From assembly GCA_043775075.1 (NCBI GenBank), contig JAYVSS010000059.1, forward strand, positions 1-63,509: a stretch of 63,509 nt of DNA. Reading direction: 5' to 3'. Origin of the DNA: Acidimicrobiia bacterium. Lineage in GTDB: Bacteria; Actinomycetota; Acidimicrobiia; Acidimicrobiales; JANYDT01. Positions 37,796 through 46,168 of this stretch are shown piece by piece; position 1 is the stretch's first letter; every line of letters starts with the position of its first letter. Below the pieces are notes generated by a model. The model ran no database searches and was not told where the DNA came from. It saw only the letters and a list, made by a program, of their open reading frames with translations. The translations under genes were made by a program, and so were the position numbers.

Positions 37796-39058
37796 CTACG
37801 ACCGGACCTGGCCCTCGCCGCGAACGATGTATTTGCTGGTCGTGAGCTCGCGCAGGCCCATCGGGCCGCGGGCGTGAAGTTTCTGGGTGGAAATGCCAAT
37901 TTCCGCCCCGAAGCCAAACATCTCGCCGTCGGTGAAGCGGCTGGAGGCGTTGACCACCACCGCGGCGGCGTCTACCTCACGGGTGAAACGGTCGGCGTTG
38001 GCGAGATCACCGGTCACGATGACTTCGGTGTGGCCCGTGCCGTTGGCGGCGATGTGGGCGATCGCCGAGCCGATCGAGGGCACGACCGCAATGGACAACT
38101 TGAGGTCCAAGAACTCCCGGGCAAAGTCCTCCGCCGTGGCCACACCGACACGGTCGGCACCCAGAATTGCCTGCGACACTGCGTCTCCGACGAACTCCAC
38201 GTTGGCCAGCCTGGGCGCAGCCATGGCGAGAAACTCGGCCGCCACCGTCTCGTGTACGAGCAACGATTCCAGTGCGTTACACACCGACGGACGCTGGGTT
38301 TTCCCATTGACCAGGATCTCCAGAGCCATATCCAAATCAGCCGAAGCATCGACGTAGAGGTGGCAGTTCCCGTCACCGTCGATCACGTACGGGACGGTGG
38401 CGTTCTCCAGTATCGACGCGACGAGTGCTGGCCCGCCTCGCGGAATCAGCACGTCGATGTACCCCCTGAGCTGCATGAACTTTGTCGCTGCGGCGTAGCT
38501 CGTGTCTTCGACCAACACGAGCCCATCGGCGGGGAGACCAGCGCTCTCCAATCCTCGGCGCAGCACGACAGCGATGGCCTTGTTCGACTCGATGGCGCCA
38601 CTCGAGCCGCGAAGAAAGGCCACGTTCCCGGATTTGCAGCACAGCGCAAACGCGTCGCTGGTCACGTTCGGCCGGTTCTCGTAGATGATTGCCACCACCC
38701 CGAGCGGCACCCGGACCTTGGTGATCCGCAGACCGTTCGGACGCGTCCAACCACTCACGACTTCGCCCACCGGATCGTCTAAGGCGGCGACCACTCGCAG
38801 ACCCGTTGCCATTGCCGCCACGCGAGTTTCGGTAAGGCGCAGCCGGTCAATAACCGCTGCGGGCGTTCCCCCGGCTTCAGCGCGCCGCACGTCGTCGGCG
38901 TTGGCCGCCAAAACTTGTTCCACCTCCCCGACGAGCAGGTCGGCCGCCGCCCGAAGAGCACTGTTTTTGGTGTCTGTGGAGGCCTGGCCGAGGGCCGCAA
39001 CTGCAGCTTTCGCTCGGATCCCTAGAGCGGCGATGGCGTCCGGAACCTCGCTACGCAT
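37796..39058 (-). CDS. proA: glutamate-5-semialdehyde dehydrogenase
   Basis: ...AKAAVAALGQASTDTKNSAL...IYENRPNVT... ATG 39058 gives a family-typical 420 aa. Alternatives are ATG 39118 and TTG 39121. Confidence 0.9.
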   Translation of the reverse strand: MRSEVPDAIAALGIRAKAAVAALGQASTDTKNSALRAAADLLVGEVEQVLAANADDVRRAEAGGTPAAVIDRLRLTETRVAAMATGLRVVAALDDPVGEVVSGWTRPNGLRITKVRVPLGVVAIIYENRPNVTSDAFALCCKSGNVAFLRGSSGAIESNKAIAVVLRRGLESAGLPADGLVLVEDTSYAAATKFMQLRGYIDVLIPRGGPALVASILENATVPYVIDGDGNCHLYVDASADLDMALEILVNGKTQRPSVCNALESLLVHETVAAEFLAMAAPRLANVEFVGDAVSQAILGADRVGVATAEDFAREFLDLKLSIAVVPSIGSAIAHIAANGTGHTEVIVTGDLANADRFTREVDAAAVVVNASSRFTDGEMFGFGAEIGISTQKLHARGPMGLRELTTSKYIVRGEGQVRS

Positions 39059-39129
39059 GCCCTCATTCACGCCCCTCAGACTATCGGCCGGGGCCCTGAC
39101 TGATTGGTCAAGTTTCATCAAACGCGCAA

Positions 39130-39155
39130 CGGCCCGCCTGTTGCCAGGCGGGCCG
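39130..39155 (-). terminator. perfect 11-bp GC hairpin after the ABC operon, just upstream of proA
   Basis: cggcccgcctg-ttgc-caggcgggccg. On the minus strand it is followed by UUGCGCGUUUG. Confidence 0.55.
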
Positions 39156-39211
39156 GATGCGTTTCGGGAGCTGCCACCAGCAGCACGGCCATTTGCAGCC
39201 TTTGCCGCTAA

Positions 39212-40627
39212 TTACGGCTTATAAGCCTGCGCCGTCTTGGAGTTGTATGGCTTGATCGCGGTCAGAGCACCACGCGATGCAAGGTCCACCTTATACATCA
39301 CGCTGTCCGAGGGCGCTGAGCGGGTGGCCACGGGTCCGTAGGTCCACTGAGCGAACATGCCGCCGGTGTCGACCTTGCCGAGGGTGTCCATAGCCTTCTT
39401 CAACCCGGCCCGGCTCAGGTCGTTGCTTGCAACGGCCTTCTCCAGAAGGGCGACGACGGTCTGGGCCTGGGTGTATCCCCACTCGGTAGCTGGGTTCGGC
39501 ACGTTGATCTGTTCCGGCGCGTACTTGCGGAGATCAGCCATGTGCTGCTTCATGCCCGGGACCGACTCGTCGCCCCATTGGGTGCCGTCGCCGACGGTAA
39601 TGAGCTGCTTACCGAAGGCTTCTGAGTTTGACGGAACGACCGTCTTGGACGCAAACGACGGACCGACAGCCAAGATGGTCGGCGTGTAGTCAATCTTGGC
39701 GCCCGACGAAATCATTGACGGGGTGTGCAACTCCCCGGAAATCGTGGCCAGGATCGCATCGCACTTCTCGCTCTTCATCTGGCCCATGACCGCATCAGCA
39801 GAGGACCACTTGATCTTCGGACCAGCATTGAACTTCAAGTCCTTGAGGGCGAAGTCGAAACCTTCCTCGCCAGCGAGTCCATAGGCCGAGTTGAGGGCCA
39901 CGGAGCAGATCTTCTTACCGGCGCCGCCCCCCTCTTTTAGGTAGTAGTCGATCAGGTTGATGGCCTGACCCTGATACGTGGCACCGACGGGAAGGGCACT
40001 TGGATCACGAATCCACGCCGCATCGAGGGAGATCGGGGTGGCGATCAAATTGTCCTGAAGGAGCGGCTTGGACAGCGCCTGCATGAGCGGAGTGCCATAG
40101 ATCTGGCCAATCATGACGACCTTGTCTTTGACATCCGTATAGGCCTTGGTGGCCTCGCCAACGTCGTAGTACGTCTCCTTGTACAGAACGTTGATCTTGT
40201 ATTTCCCGGCGATGCCGCCGGCGTCGTTGGTTCGGGCGATATAGGCGTTGTAGCCCGCTGTCAGCGACTTTCCGCCGTCGGCGAAAAATGCCGAGCTAGG
40301 GAACTGCGGGCTGGCGGCGACGTTGCCGAGATACCCGATAGTGATGGTCTTGCCATCAAATCCGGGCACGGTGGCCAGGCCTGCGGCCGGAGCGACGGTG
40401 GTTGCCACAGTCCCGCCAGCGGCGGGCGCAGTGGTGACGGGCGCGAGTGCAGCCTTGACGTAGACCCGCGACTTGCCCTTTTGCGTGCAGGTCAAAGTGC
40501 CAACGACTTGACCGACTTTGCGGCACTTCGCCCCCGCCTTGGCGGTGGCGGCAAACGATGGAAGACTGGGCAGGGCAACGACGGCGGCGGTGCCCAAGAC
40601 GACGAGCGCTCGGGTGATGTGTTTCAT
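39212..40627 (-). CDS. ABC transporter substrate-binding protein (LivJ/branched-chain amino-acid type)
   Basis: Signal peptide MKHITRALVVLGTAAVVALPSLPSFAATA. ATG 40627 is preceded by GGGGGAG. Confidence 0.85.
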   Translation of the reverse strand: MKHITRALVVLGTAAVVALPSLPSFAATAKAGAKCRKVGQVVGTLTCTQKGKSRVYVKAALAPVTTAPAAGGTVATTVAPAAGLATVPGFDGKTITIGYLGNVAASPQFPSSAFFADGGKSLTAGYNAYIARTNDAGGIAGKYKINVLYKETYYDVGEATKAYTDVKDKVVMIGQIYGTPLMQALSKPLLQDNLIATPISLDAAWIRDPSALPVGATYQGQAINLIDYYLKEGGGAGKKICSVALNSAYGLAGEEGFDFALKDLKFNAGPKIKWSSADAVMGQMKSEKCDAILATISGELHTPSMISSGAKIDYTPTILAVGPSFASKTVVPSNSEAFGKQLITVGDGTQWGDESVPGMKQHMADLRKYAPEQINVPNPATEWGYTQAQTVVALLEKAVASNDLSRAGLKKAMDTLGKVDTGGMFAQWTYGPVATRSAPSDSVMYKVDLASRGALTAIKPYNSKTAQAYKP

Positions 40628-40741
40628 GTATGGATACTCCCCCTGGATGGGACTGATGTGACGATAGTCACGCTTGGAAGACCATGAGCTTCCCACAGCA
40701 AACACCGCATGCAAGCTTTCCAGCGTTTTTTTTCGCTGGGG

Positions 40742-42025
40742 CTAGGAGCCAAACGGGAACGTACGAAGCCAACGACGCAACCGCTGCCAGAGACCGACGA
40801 GGCCGAGGGGGAAGAACCGAAGGAAGAGAACGATCAGGAGCCCGTAGACCAAGTCGACGATGACCGATGCGCTGAATCCACGTTTCGCCGGATCGGTTTG
40901 GACCCCCGGGATGTGTTTGAGCAGTTTTGTCTGGGTCTCGAAGAGTGTTCGGACGGCGTCGAAGAGCGCAGCAAAGGCGATTGCCCCGAGGACCGAGCCG
41001 AGTATCGATCCGACGCCCCCGATAATGATCATGGCCACGAAGTTGATGGAGAAGCCAAGATTGAACGACGACGGGTTGACGTTTCCGAGGAACGACCCGT
41101 ACAGCGCTCCCGCTAAGGCCGCACATGCGCCAGATAGGGCAAACGCCCACATTTTGGTGTAGCGCTGCTCCACTCCGATGACCTCAGCCGAGAGGTCACG
41201 GTCGCGCACGGCCATCATCGCTCGGCCTTGGCGAGATCGCAAAACATTCCGAGCGACGATCACCACGACTCCAACGACAAGCCAGGTGAGCCAGAAGTAC
41301 CCCTGTTTTGAGTTGAAGAAGAAGTTGTTGAAAAAGACGGTTTCACCGGTGTCGCTGGACTTGAAGTCGATAGATTTCCCCGGAACGATCGAGAAAAGAA
41401 AGCCCGGAAGATCGGTACGTGGCGCGGCGTCGCCGCCGGTCAGCGACTCCCAGTTCTTCGCTAGGTGCTCTGCCAGGAAGACGAGAAAGAGTGACACCAT
41501 CGCCAGGTAATTTCCCCGCAAACGCAACGCAAACGGTCCAATGGCGGCGCTCACCAGGGCTCCCAGAACGGCAGCAACCAGGAGCCAAACCGCAGATGGC
41601 ACCTTGCCATCGAGCAGGTCGACGCCGAAATACCCGGTCGAATACGCACCGAGCGAGATAAACGCCGCGTGTCCGAGCGAGATTTGTCCGGTGTTACCGA
41701 TAAGGAGGTTAAGGCCGATCGCCCCGAGGGCATACACCCCGGCATAGACGAAGGTGGTCAGCCATTTCTCGTTCATCGGCAAGCCCGGAACCAGCTGATT
41801 CGGCAGGTGGAGGGACCCGATGCCGAGCCAGGAAAAACCGATAGGAGCGGAAATAAACGTCAACACGCCAACGATGAGACCAACCTTCGAGCCGGTCGTT
41901 TTGAAACGCCGGTGATCGTCGGCGTACGTTGAGGCGAAACGCACCGACGCGTCTCGTCGGGCCCAGGCGACCATCGCCACCACCGAGGCAGCAATGGTCA
42001 ACAGAGTAAAGACTGCACCGCTCAT
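40742..42025 (-). CDS. branched-chain amino-acid ABC transporter permease (LivM-type)
   Basis: Polytopic membrane protein with ...NLLIGNTGQISLGHAAF... Confidence 0.85.
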   Translation of the reverse strand: MSGAVFTLLTIAASVVAMVAWARRDASVRFASTYADDHRRFKTTGSKVGLIVGVLTFISAPIGFSWLGIGSLHLPNQLVPGLPMNEKWLTTFVYAGVYALGAIGLNLLIGNTGQISLGHAAFISLGAYSTGYFGVDLLDGKVPSAVWLLVAAVLGALVSAAIGPFALRLRGNYLAMVSLFLVFLAEHLAKNWESLTGGDAAPRTDLPGFLFSIVPGKSIDFKSSDTGETVFFNNFFFNSKQGYFWLTWLVVGVVVIVARNVLRSRQGRAMMAVRDRDLSAEVIGVEQRYTKMWAFALSGACAALAGALYGSFLGNVNPSSFNLGFSINFVAMIIIGGVGSILGSVLGAIAFAALFDAVRTLFETQTKLLKHIPGVQTDPAKRGFSASVIVDLVYGLLIVLFLRFFPLGLVGLWQRLRRWLRTFPFGS

Positions 42026-42027
42026 CG

Positions 42028-42972
42028 TCAGACCCTTCGCACTTCTTCAGAGCCGAACAAGCCGGTTGGACGGAACAGAAGAATCGCAATCATCACGATG
42101 AACGGAGTCAGGCGATTCACGTCAAAACCGACGAAGCTTTCGATATGGCTCTCATACGTGGCAGTGAGCTGTTGCACCAGACCAATAATCAGTCCGCCGA
42201 GCACTGCTCCCTCGAGCGAATCGACGCCACCGAGGACCATCGCTGGGAAACCGAACAGGGCGAGCAAGCCCAGCGATGGAGAGACCTGCGTGACTTGCGA
42301 ACCAGCTCCCGAAGCGAGCAGCGTTCCGGCGATGCCCGCGAGAGCACTGGCCAATGCCCACGATAAACCAAAGATCACGTTGGGACTGATGCCCTGGGCA
42401 ATCGCCGCTTCCTGGTCAAAGGCTGTGGCCTTCATTGCGGTGCCCAGCTTGGACCGTTGAAACCCAAAGAAAAAGGCGATGGCAATCGACGCGGTCACCG
42501 CCAGGGTGAACAAATCGATGTGCTTGATGCCCACACCGCCAACTCGGATGAACTTGTCTCCGAACGGGCTATTGAGGTTCGTCGGACTCGTGCCCCAGAT
42601 GCCACTCATCAGCGCACTAATCACCACGCCAACACCGAGGGTCACCATAATTACGGCAAAGACGGGACGGCCACGAAATCCACTGATCACGAATTTGTTG
42701 ACCAGCCATCCGAGTCCTGCCATCAGGAGAGTGGAAATCGGAAGCGCCAGCAGGTAGGGAAGCGCAAGCAAGTGAGGCGGCGAATCAAAGAGCAGCCCTT
42801 TGACCGGGCCACTGAGTGCATACGTTAGGTACGCACCGAGGGTCAGAAATGCCCCTTGCCCAAAGTTCAGTGTGTGCGTTGACCGATAGATGATCACGTA
42901 ACCGAGAGCGATCAAGCTATAGAGACCGCCGAGCGCCACCCCGGAAACGACAGCGTTGAGAAACTGCGTCAC
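42028..42972 (-). CDS. branched-chain amino-acid ABC transporter permease (LivH-type)
   Basis: VTQFLNAVVSGVALGGLYSLIALGYVIIYRS... GTG 42972 forms a GTGA overlap with the upstream gene's stop. Confidence 0.85.
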   Translation of the reverse strand: MTQFLNAVVSGVALGGLYSLIALGYVIIYRSTHTLNFGQGAFLTLGAYLTYALSGPVKGLLFDSPPHLLALPYLLALPISTLLMAGLGWLVNKFVISGFRGRPVFAVIMVTLGVGVVISALMSGIWGTSPTNLNSPFGDKFIRVGGVGIKHIDLFTLAVTASIAIAFFFGFQRSKLGTAMKATAFDQEAAIAQGISPNVIFGLSWALASALAGIAGTLLASGAGSQVTQVSPSLGLLALFGFPAMVLGGVDSLEGAVLGGLIIGLVQQLTATYESHIESFVGFDVNRLTPFIVMIAILLFRPTGLFGSEEVRRV

Positions 42973-44267
42973 GACTGCGCCCCCGCACGAGCCGCCAGGA
43001 GCGACGACTGAACCCGACTGACGATGCGGCCGGCGACCGGCTCCAGAGCAACCAACGGAACCCCTAACTGACCGAGGAATGCGATTCCTGCGTCCGGCAC
43101 TGAATTGCTCGCTACGAGCGACTGCGCCCGCCCCAGTCCGTATCGACGGCGAATGGGCACCGCGACCGCGCCCGGCACCCACGCAAGCAGAAGGATCGAA
43201 ACGATCCCGAGGACGGCAAGGACGAGCAGCCGCAACCAGTCGTTCAACCCGGTCGAAACGAGCAGGAAAACGAACGAGACGACGGACATGGCAAGGCCGA
43301 TGAGTCGGCTTGGCGAGAACGCCGACCCGTGGCGCGCCGTGAGGCGCGGGGCCGATTCCGATAAGCCTTTTCCGAGAACAAACTTCTTTATGCCGGTGGT
43401 CTCAACGTGTCGCTTCTGCGCATCGGCGGCTATTCCGGCGAGCCAACGACCCGACGGACGGAGATGGGTGGGCTGGACCTGAGCAACTTCGGACGGTCCA
43501 AGGACGCCTCCCTCGCCAAAGACGACGGTGGCGCCAGTCAGTACCGCAGCCCCGACCGAAAGCACCTGCTCGTCGGCCTCGGACAGCGACCGCTGCGCCA
43601 AAATTGTGCTGTCTGGCTGGAGGCGAAGCGAAGTGGCTGCTGAGGTCGCCGCGGCGATGAGCTCGGCGTGAGTTGATTCCGTTAAGACGACGTCGTTGCC
43701 AACGATCGAGCCCAGTCGGACCGCAACTTCGCCGGCGGAGCGCGCTGCGGCGAGGGCCAGCCACGATGCTTCGGGCCCGGCATCGTCGATAAGTTGGCGC
43801 ATCGTGGAGCGCGTGGCCCGATCCACCCGGCCAGCCATCTCCAGCTCCCGCAGACCACGGGTGGCAACGACCACAACGACCGCCGGGCTGGGCGTTTTAC
43901 CGTCGAAGAACTTGTCGTACTGCTCTTGATCGCCGACGATCACGACATTTGCCCCTTGCTCGCGGACCAGCGCAGCCGTCGTTTCCGGGGAGTAATCCGG
44001 AGGCAGCACCAGTGCCACGGCACCGAGTCCGACTACGGCATGTTCCGCTGCGAGGAGTTCCAGGCAATCGTCGCCAATAATGGCGACCACATCACCGGGT
44101 TTTACTCCCTTTGCCGCCAACCCATTGCCGATCCGCGCCGCATCGTCTCGTAGCCCGGTCCAGGTGATCGGCGTCCAGATGCCGAGCCGACGCTGGCGTA
44201 CGGCGATGGCATTCGGTGTGGCCGCACACCGCTCGAACAGCAACCCCGAAAGTGTCTCTGCGCTCAT
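42969..44267 (-). CDS. degenerate AMP-binding (acyl-CoA-synthetase-like) N-domain protein with C-terminal TM helices
   Basis: LLFERCAATPNAIAV...WTPITWTGLRDDAARIGNGLAAKGVKPGDVVAIIGDDCLE... is ligase-like, but no (T/S)SGTTGxPKG motif is visible. The C-terminus reads LIGLAMSVVSFVFLLVSTG...LLVLAVLGIVSILLLAWV. ATG 44267 is preferred over GTG 44309. Confidence 0.65.
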   Translation of the reverse strand: MSAETLSGLLFERCAATPNAIAVRQRRLGIWTPITWTGLRDDAARIGNGLAAKGVKPGDVVAIIGDDCLELLAAEHAVVGLGAVALVLPPDYSPETTAALVREQGANVVIVGDQEQYDKFFDGKTPSPAVVVVVATRGLRELEMAGRVDRATRSTMRQLIDDAGPEASWLALAAARSAGEVAVRLGSIVGNDVVLTESTHAELIAAATSAATSLRLQPDSTILAQRSLSEADEQVLSVGAAVLTGATVVFGEGGVLGPSEVAQVQPTHLRPSGRWLAGIAADAQKRHVETTGIKKFVLGKGLSESAPRLTARHGSAFSPSRLIGLAMSVVSFVFLLVSTGLNDWLRLLVLAVLGIVSILLLAWVPGAVAVPIRRRYGLGRAQSLVASNSVPDAGIAFLGQLGVPLVALEPVAGRIVSRVQSSLLAARAGAQS

Positions 44268-44347
44268 GCTGGCGTCCCTAAATATGCCTCGCTTGATCGC
44301 GCCCGACACGAACCCGTCGTCATGCTGGCGTTCCTAAATATGCCTCG
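44264..44347. repeat. 28-bp direct repeat (1 mismatch), copies 56 bp apart, spanning the livG-type gene stop and the next gene's start
   Basis: tcatgctggcgtccctaaatatgcctcg (44264-44291) versus tcatgctggcgttcctaaatatgcctcg (44320-44347). Confidence 0.9.
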
Positions 44348-45135
44348 ATGACGCGATGATCGGCCTTGATTTCCGCTGGCCTTCCTTGGGCGATTTTTTG
44401 GCCGAAATCGAGCACCATGATCCGTTCGGCGACCTGCATCACCATATGCATATCGTGCTCGACGAGGATCATCGAGATACCGAGAGCGTCCTTGGTTTCC
44501 AAGATATAGCGAGCCATGTCCTCGGTCTCGGTGGCGTTCATCCCAGCTACGGGTTCGTCCAGCAGCAGCAGTTTCGGCTCCATGCACAACGCACGAGCGA
44601 GCTCCATACGCTTTTGCACTCCGTACGGCAGCGAACCAACAGACTGGCCTCGGTAAATGTGGAGATCGAGCAGTTTCATGATTTCTTCCACCCGCCTCCG
44701 GTGAACGATTTCTTCGCGCTTGGCTATGCCCGTGAACAGCATGCCGGCGAGGAAGCCACCCTTCATCAAATGATGGCGACCGAGCATCAGGTTGGCGACC
44801 ACGTCGAGGTTGGGAAACAACCCAATATTCTGGAAGGTGCGGGCAATTCCTTGAGCCACGGTGAACGGTGGCTTGGTGCCGATGATTTCCACGCCGTCGA
44901 TCTTGATCGAGCCTTCTTGGGGGCGATAGACGGCGTTGAGGCAATTAAAAATTGAGGTTTTTCCTGCCCCATTTGGGCCAATCACGGCGAAAAGTTCGTT
45001 GCGAGCGACGGTAAAACTCACCCCGTTGATCGCCGTGACGCCGCCAAAGCGCATGGTGATTCCGTCTACCACGAGCAGCGGGGACGTGTCCGCATACCGC
45101 CCAGGCAGCGTGGAGGTCTGGCCGAGCACAGTCAT
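44320..45135 (-). CDS. ABC transporter ATP-binding protein (LivG-type)
   Basis: ...MRFGGVTAINGVSF...GPNGAGKTS...LLLDEPVAGMN... Confidence 0.9.
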   Translation of the reverse strand: MTVLGQTSTLPGRYADTSPLLVVDGITMRFGGVTAINGVSFTVARNELFAVIGPNGAGKTSIFNCLNAVYRPQEGSIKIDGVEIIGTKPPFTVAQGIARTFQNIGLFPNLDVVANLMLGRHHLMKGGFLAGMLFTGIAKREEIVHRRRVEEIMKLLDLHIYRGQSVGSLPYGVQKRMELARALCMEPKLLLLDEPVAGMNATETEDMARYILETKDALGISMILVEHDMHMVMQVAERIMVLDFGQKIAQGRPAEIKADHRVIEAYLGTPA

Positions 45136-45941
45136 GCGGTGTACTCCCGAGTGCGGCGGTAGGACTTGAGGCTGCGGTAGGAGGTTTCGTGGGAGTCGCC
45201 GCCGAGATACAGCGCTTCGATCTCGGGGTCGTGGAGGAGGTCAATCCCCCGTCCTTCTTTGGCCACCCGCCCGGTTTCCAAGACGTAGGCATAGTCGGCA
45301 ACGGCGAGGGCCTTGGCAGCGTTCTGTTCAACGATGAGCACGCTGACGCCGTCGGCGTTGATGGCCTTCACGATGTCAAAAATTTGCTCGACGATGAGTG
45401 GAGCGAGCCCGAGGGACGGTTCGTCCAGGAGGAGGAGACGGGGGGCAGCCATGAGCGCCCGGCCGATCGCCAACATTTGCTGCTCGCCACCGGACATGTA
45501 TCCGGCCACCTGCTTCCGGCGCTCCGCCAGTCGGGGGAACAGTCCCATAACCTTGTCGTACGAATCCTTGATGCCCGCTTTGTCCTTGCGGGTGTACGCA
45601 CCTGACTTCAGGTTCTCGTCGACGGTAAGCGGGGCAAAGATTCGTCGCCCTTCCATGACCTGGGCCATACCTGCGCGCACCAGCGCCGAGGTGTCGCCAG
45701 CGGTCGTGTCCTGCCCGTCGAAGCTGACGCGGCCCGCCGTGATTGCCCCGTTTTGGTAGAGCAGTAACCCGGAAATGGCCCGGAGCAAGGTGGTTTTCCC
45801 TGCGCCGTTCGCTCCCAGGATGGCCACCACGGCGCCCGTTGGGACGTTCAGTGTCACCCCACGGAGGACCTGAATGGCCCCGCCGTAGACAACTTCAACG
45901 TTTTGCGTTTCAAGAATGGGAGAGTTGGTGACTCGGGTCAC
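45132..45941 (-). CDS. ABC transporter ATP-binding protein (LivF-type)
   Basis: ...VVYGGAIQVLRGV...GANGAGKTT...LSGGEQQML...LLLDEPSLGLAP... Confidence 0.9.
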   Translation of the reverse strand: MTRVTNSPILETQNVEVVYGGAIQVLRGVTLNVPTGAVVAILGANGAGKTTLLRAISGLLLYQNGAITAGRVSFDGQDTTAGDTSALVRAGMAQVMEGRRIFAPLTVDENLKSGAYTRKDKAGIKDSYDKVMGLFPRLAERRKQVAGYMSGGEQQMLAIGRALMAAPRLLLLDEPSLGLAPLIVEQIFDIVKAINADGVSVLIVEQNAAKALAVADYAYVLETGRVAKEGRGIDLLHDPEIEALYLGGDSHETSYRSLKSYRRTREYTA

Positions 45942-46168
45942 AGGCCGTCATGATGGCACACCCCATCGGCGCACACTCGCCAACGTCTTCGAAGCAATCG
46001 TGGTACCTGCACCGCCGAGCGATTTGACCTGGGCAAACGTCGGAGAAGGACGACGCGAGAGAATCGGTGTGCGAACATTTGTGCGTGGTGTCGCCCGGAT
46101 CTCAGGTACTCACTTCAACCGTCGAGGGGTTCGTCACGCCGATTGCCCGGGTGGTTCACGACTTAGCC

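Noticed and set aside
37721-38782. 353-aa plus-strand ORF
   Set aside because: Antisense to proA, which has an unmistakable family sequence. The composition is Gly/Arg/His/Val-rich junk.
40712-40731. Hairpin ccagcg-tttttttt-cgctgg after the LivM-type gene
   Set aside because: The T-run is in the loop rather than 3' of the stem, and the stem is only 6 bp. It is not a convincing intrinsic terminator on either strand.
44264-44347. CRISPR-like geometry (28-nt repeat, 28-nt spacer, 28-nt repeat)
   Set aside because: There are only two copies, they overlap coding sequence and a gene junction, and no further repeats or cas genes are present.
46072-46085. SOS/Cheo-box-like CGAACATTTGTGCG upstream of the AAA+ gene
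   Set aside because: It deviates from GAAC-N4-GTTC in the second half-site (GTGC). It is a single occurrence and could lie inside the coding region if the GTG 46067 start is used.
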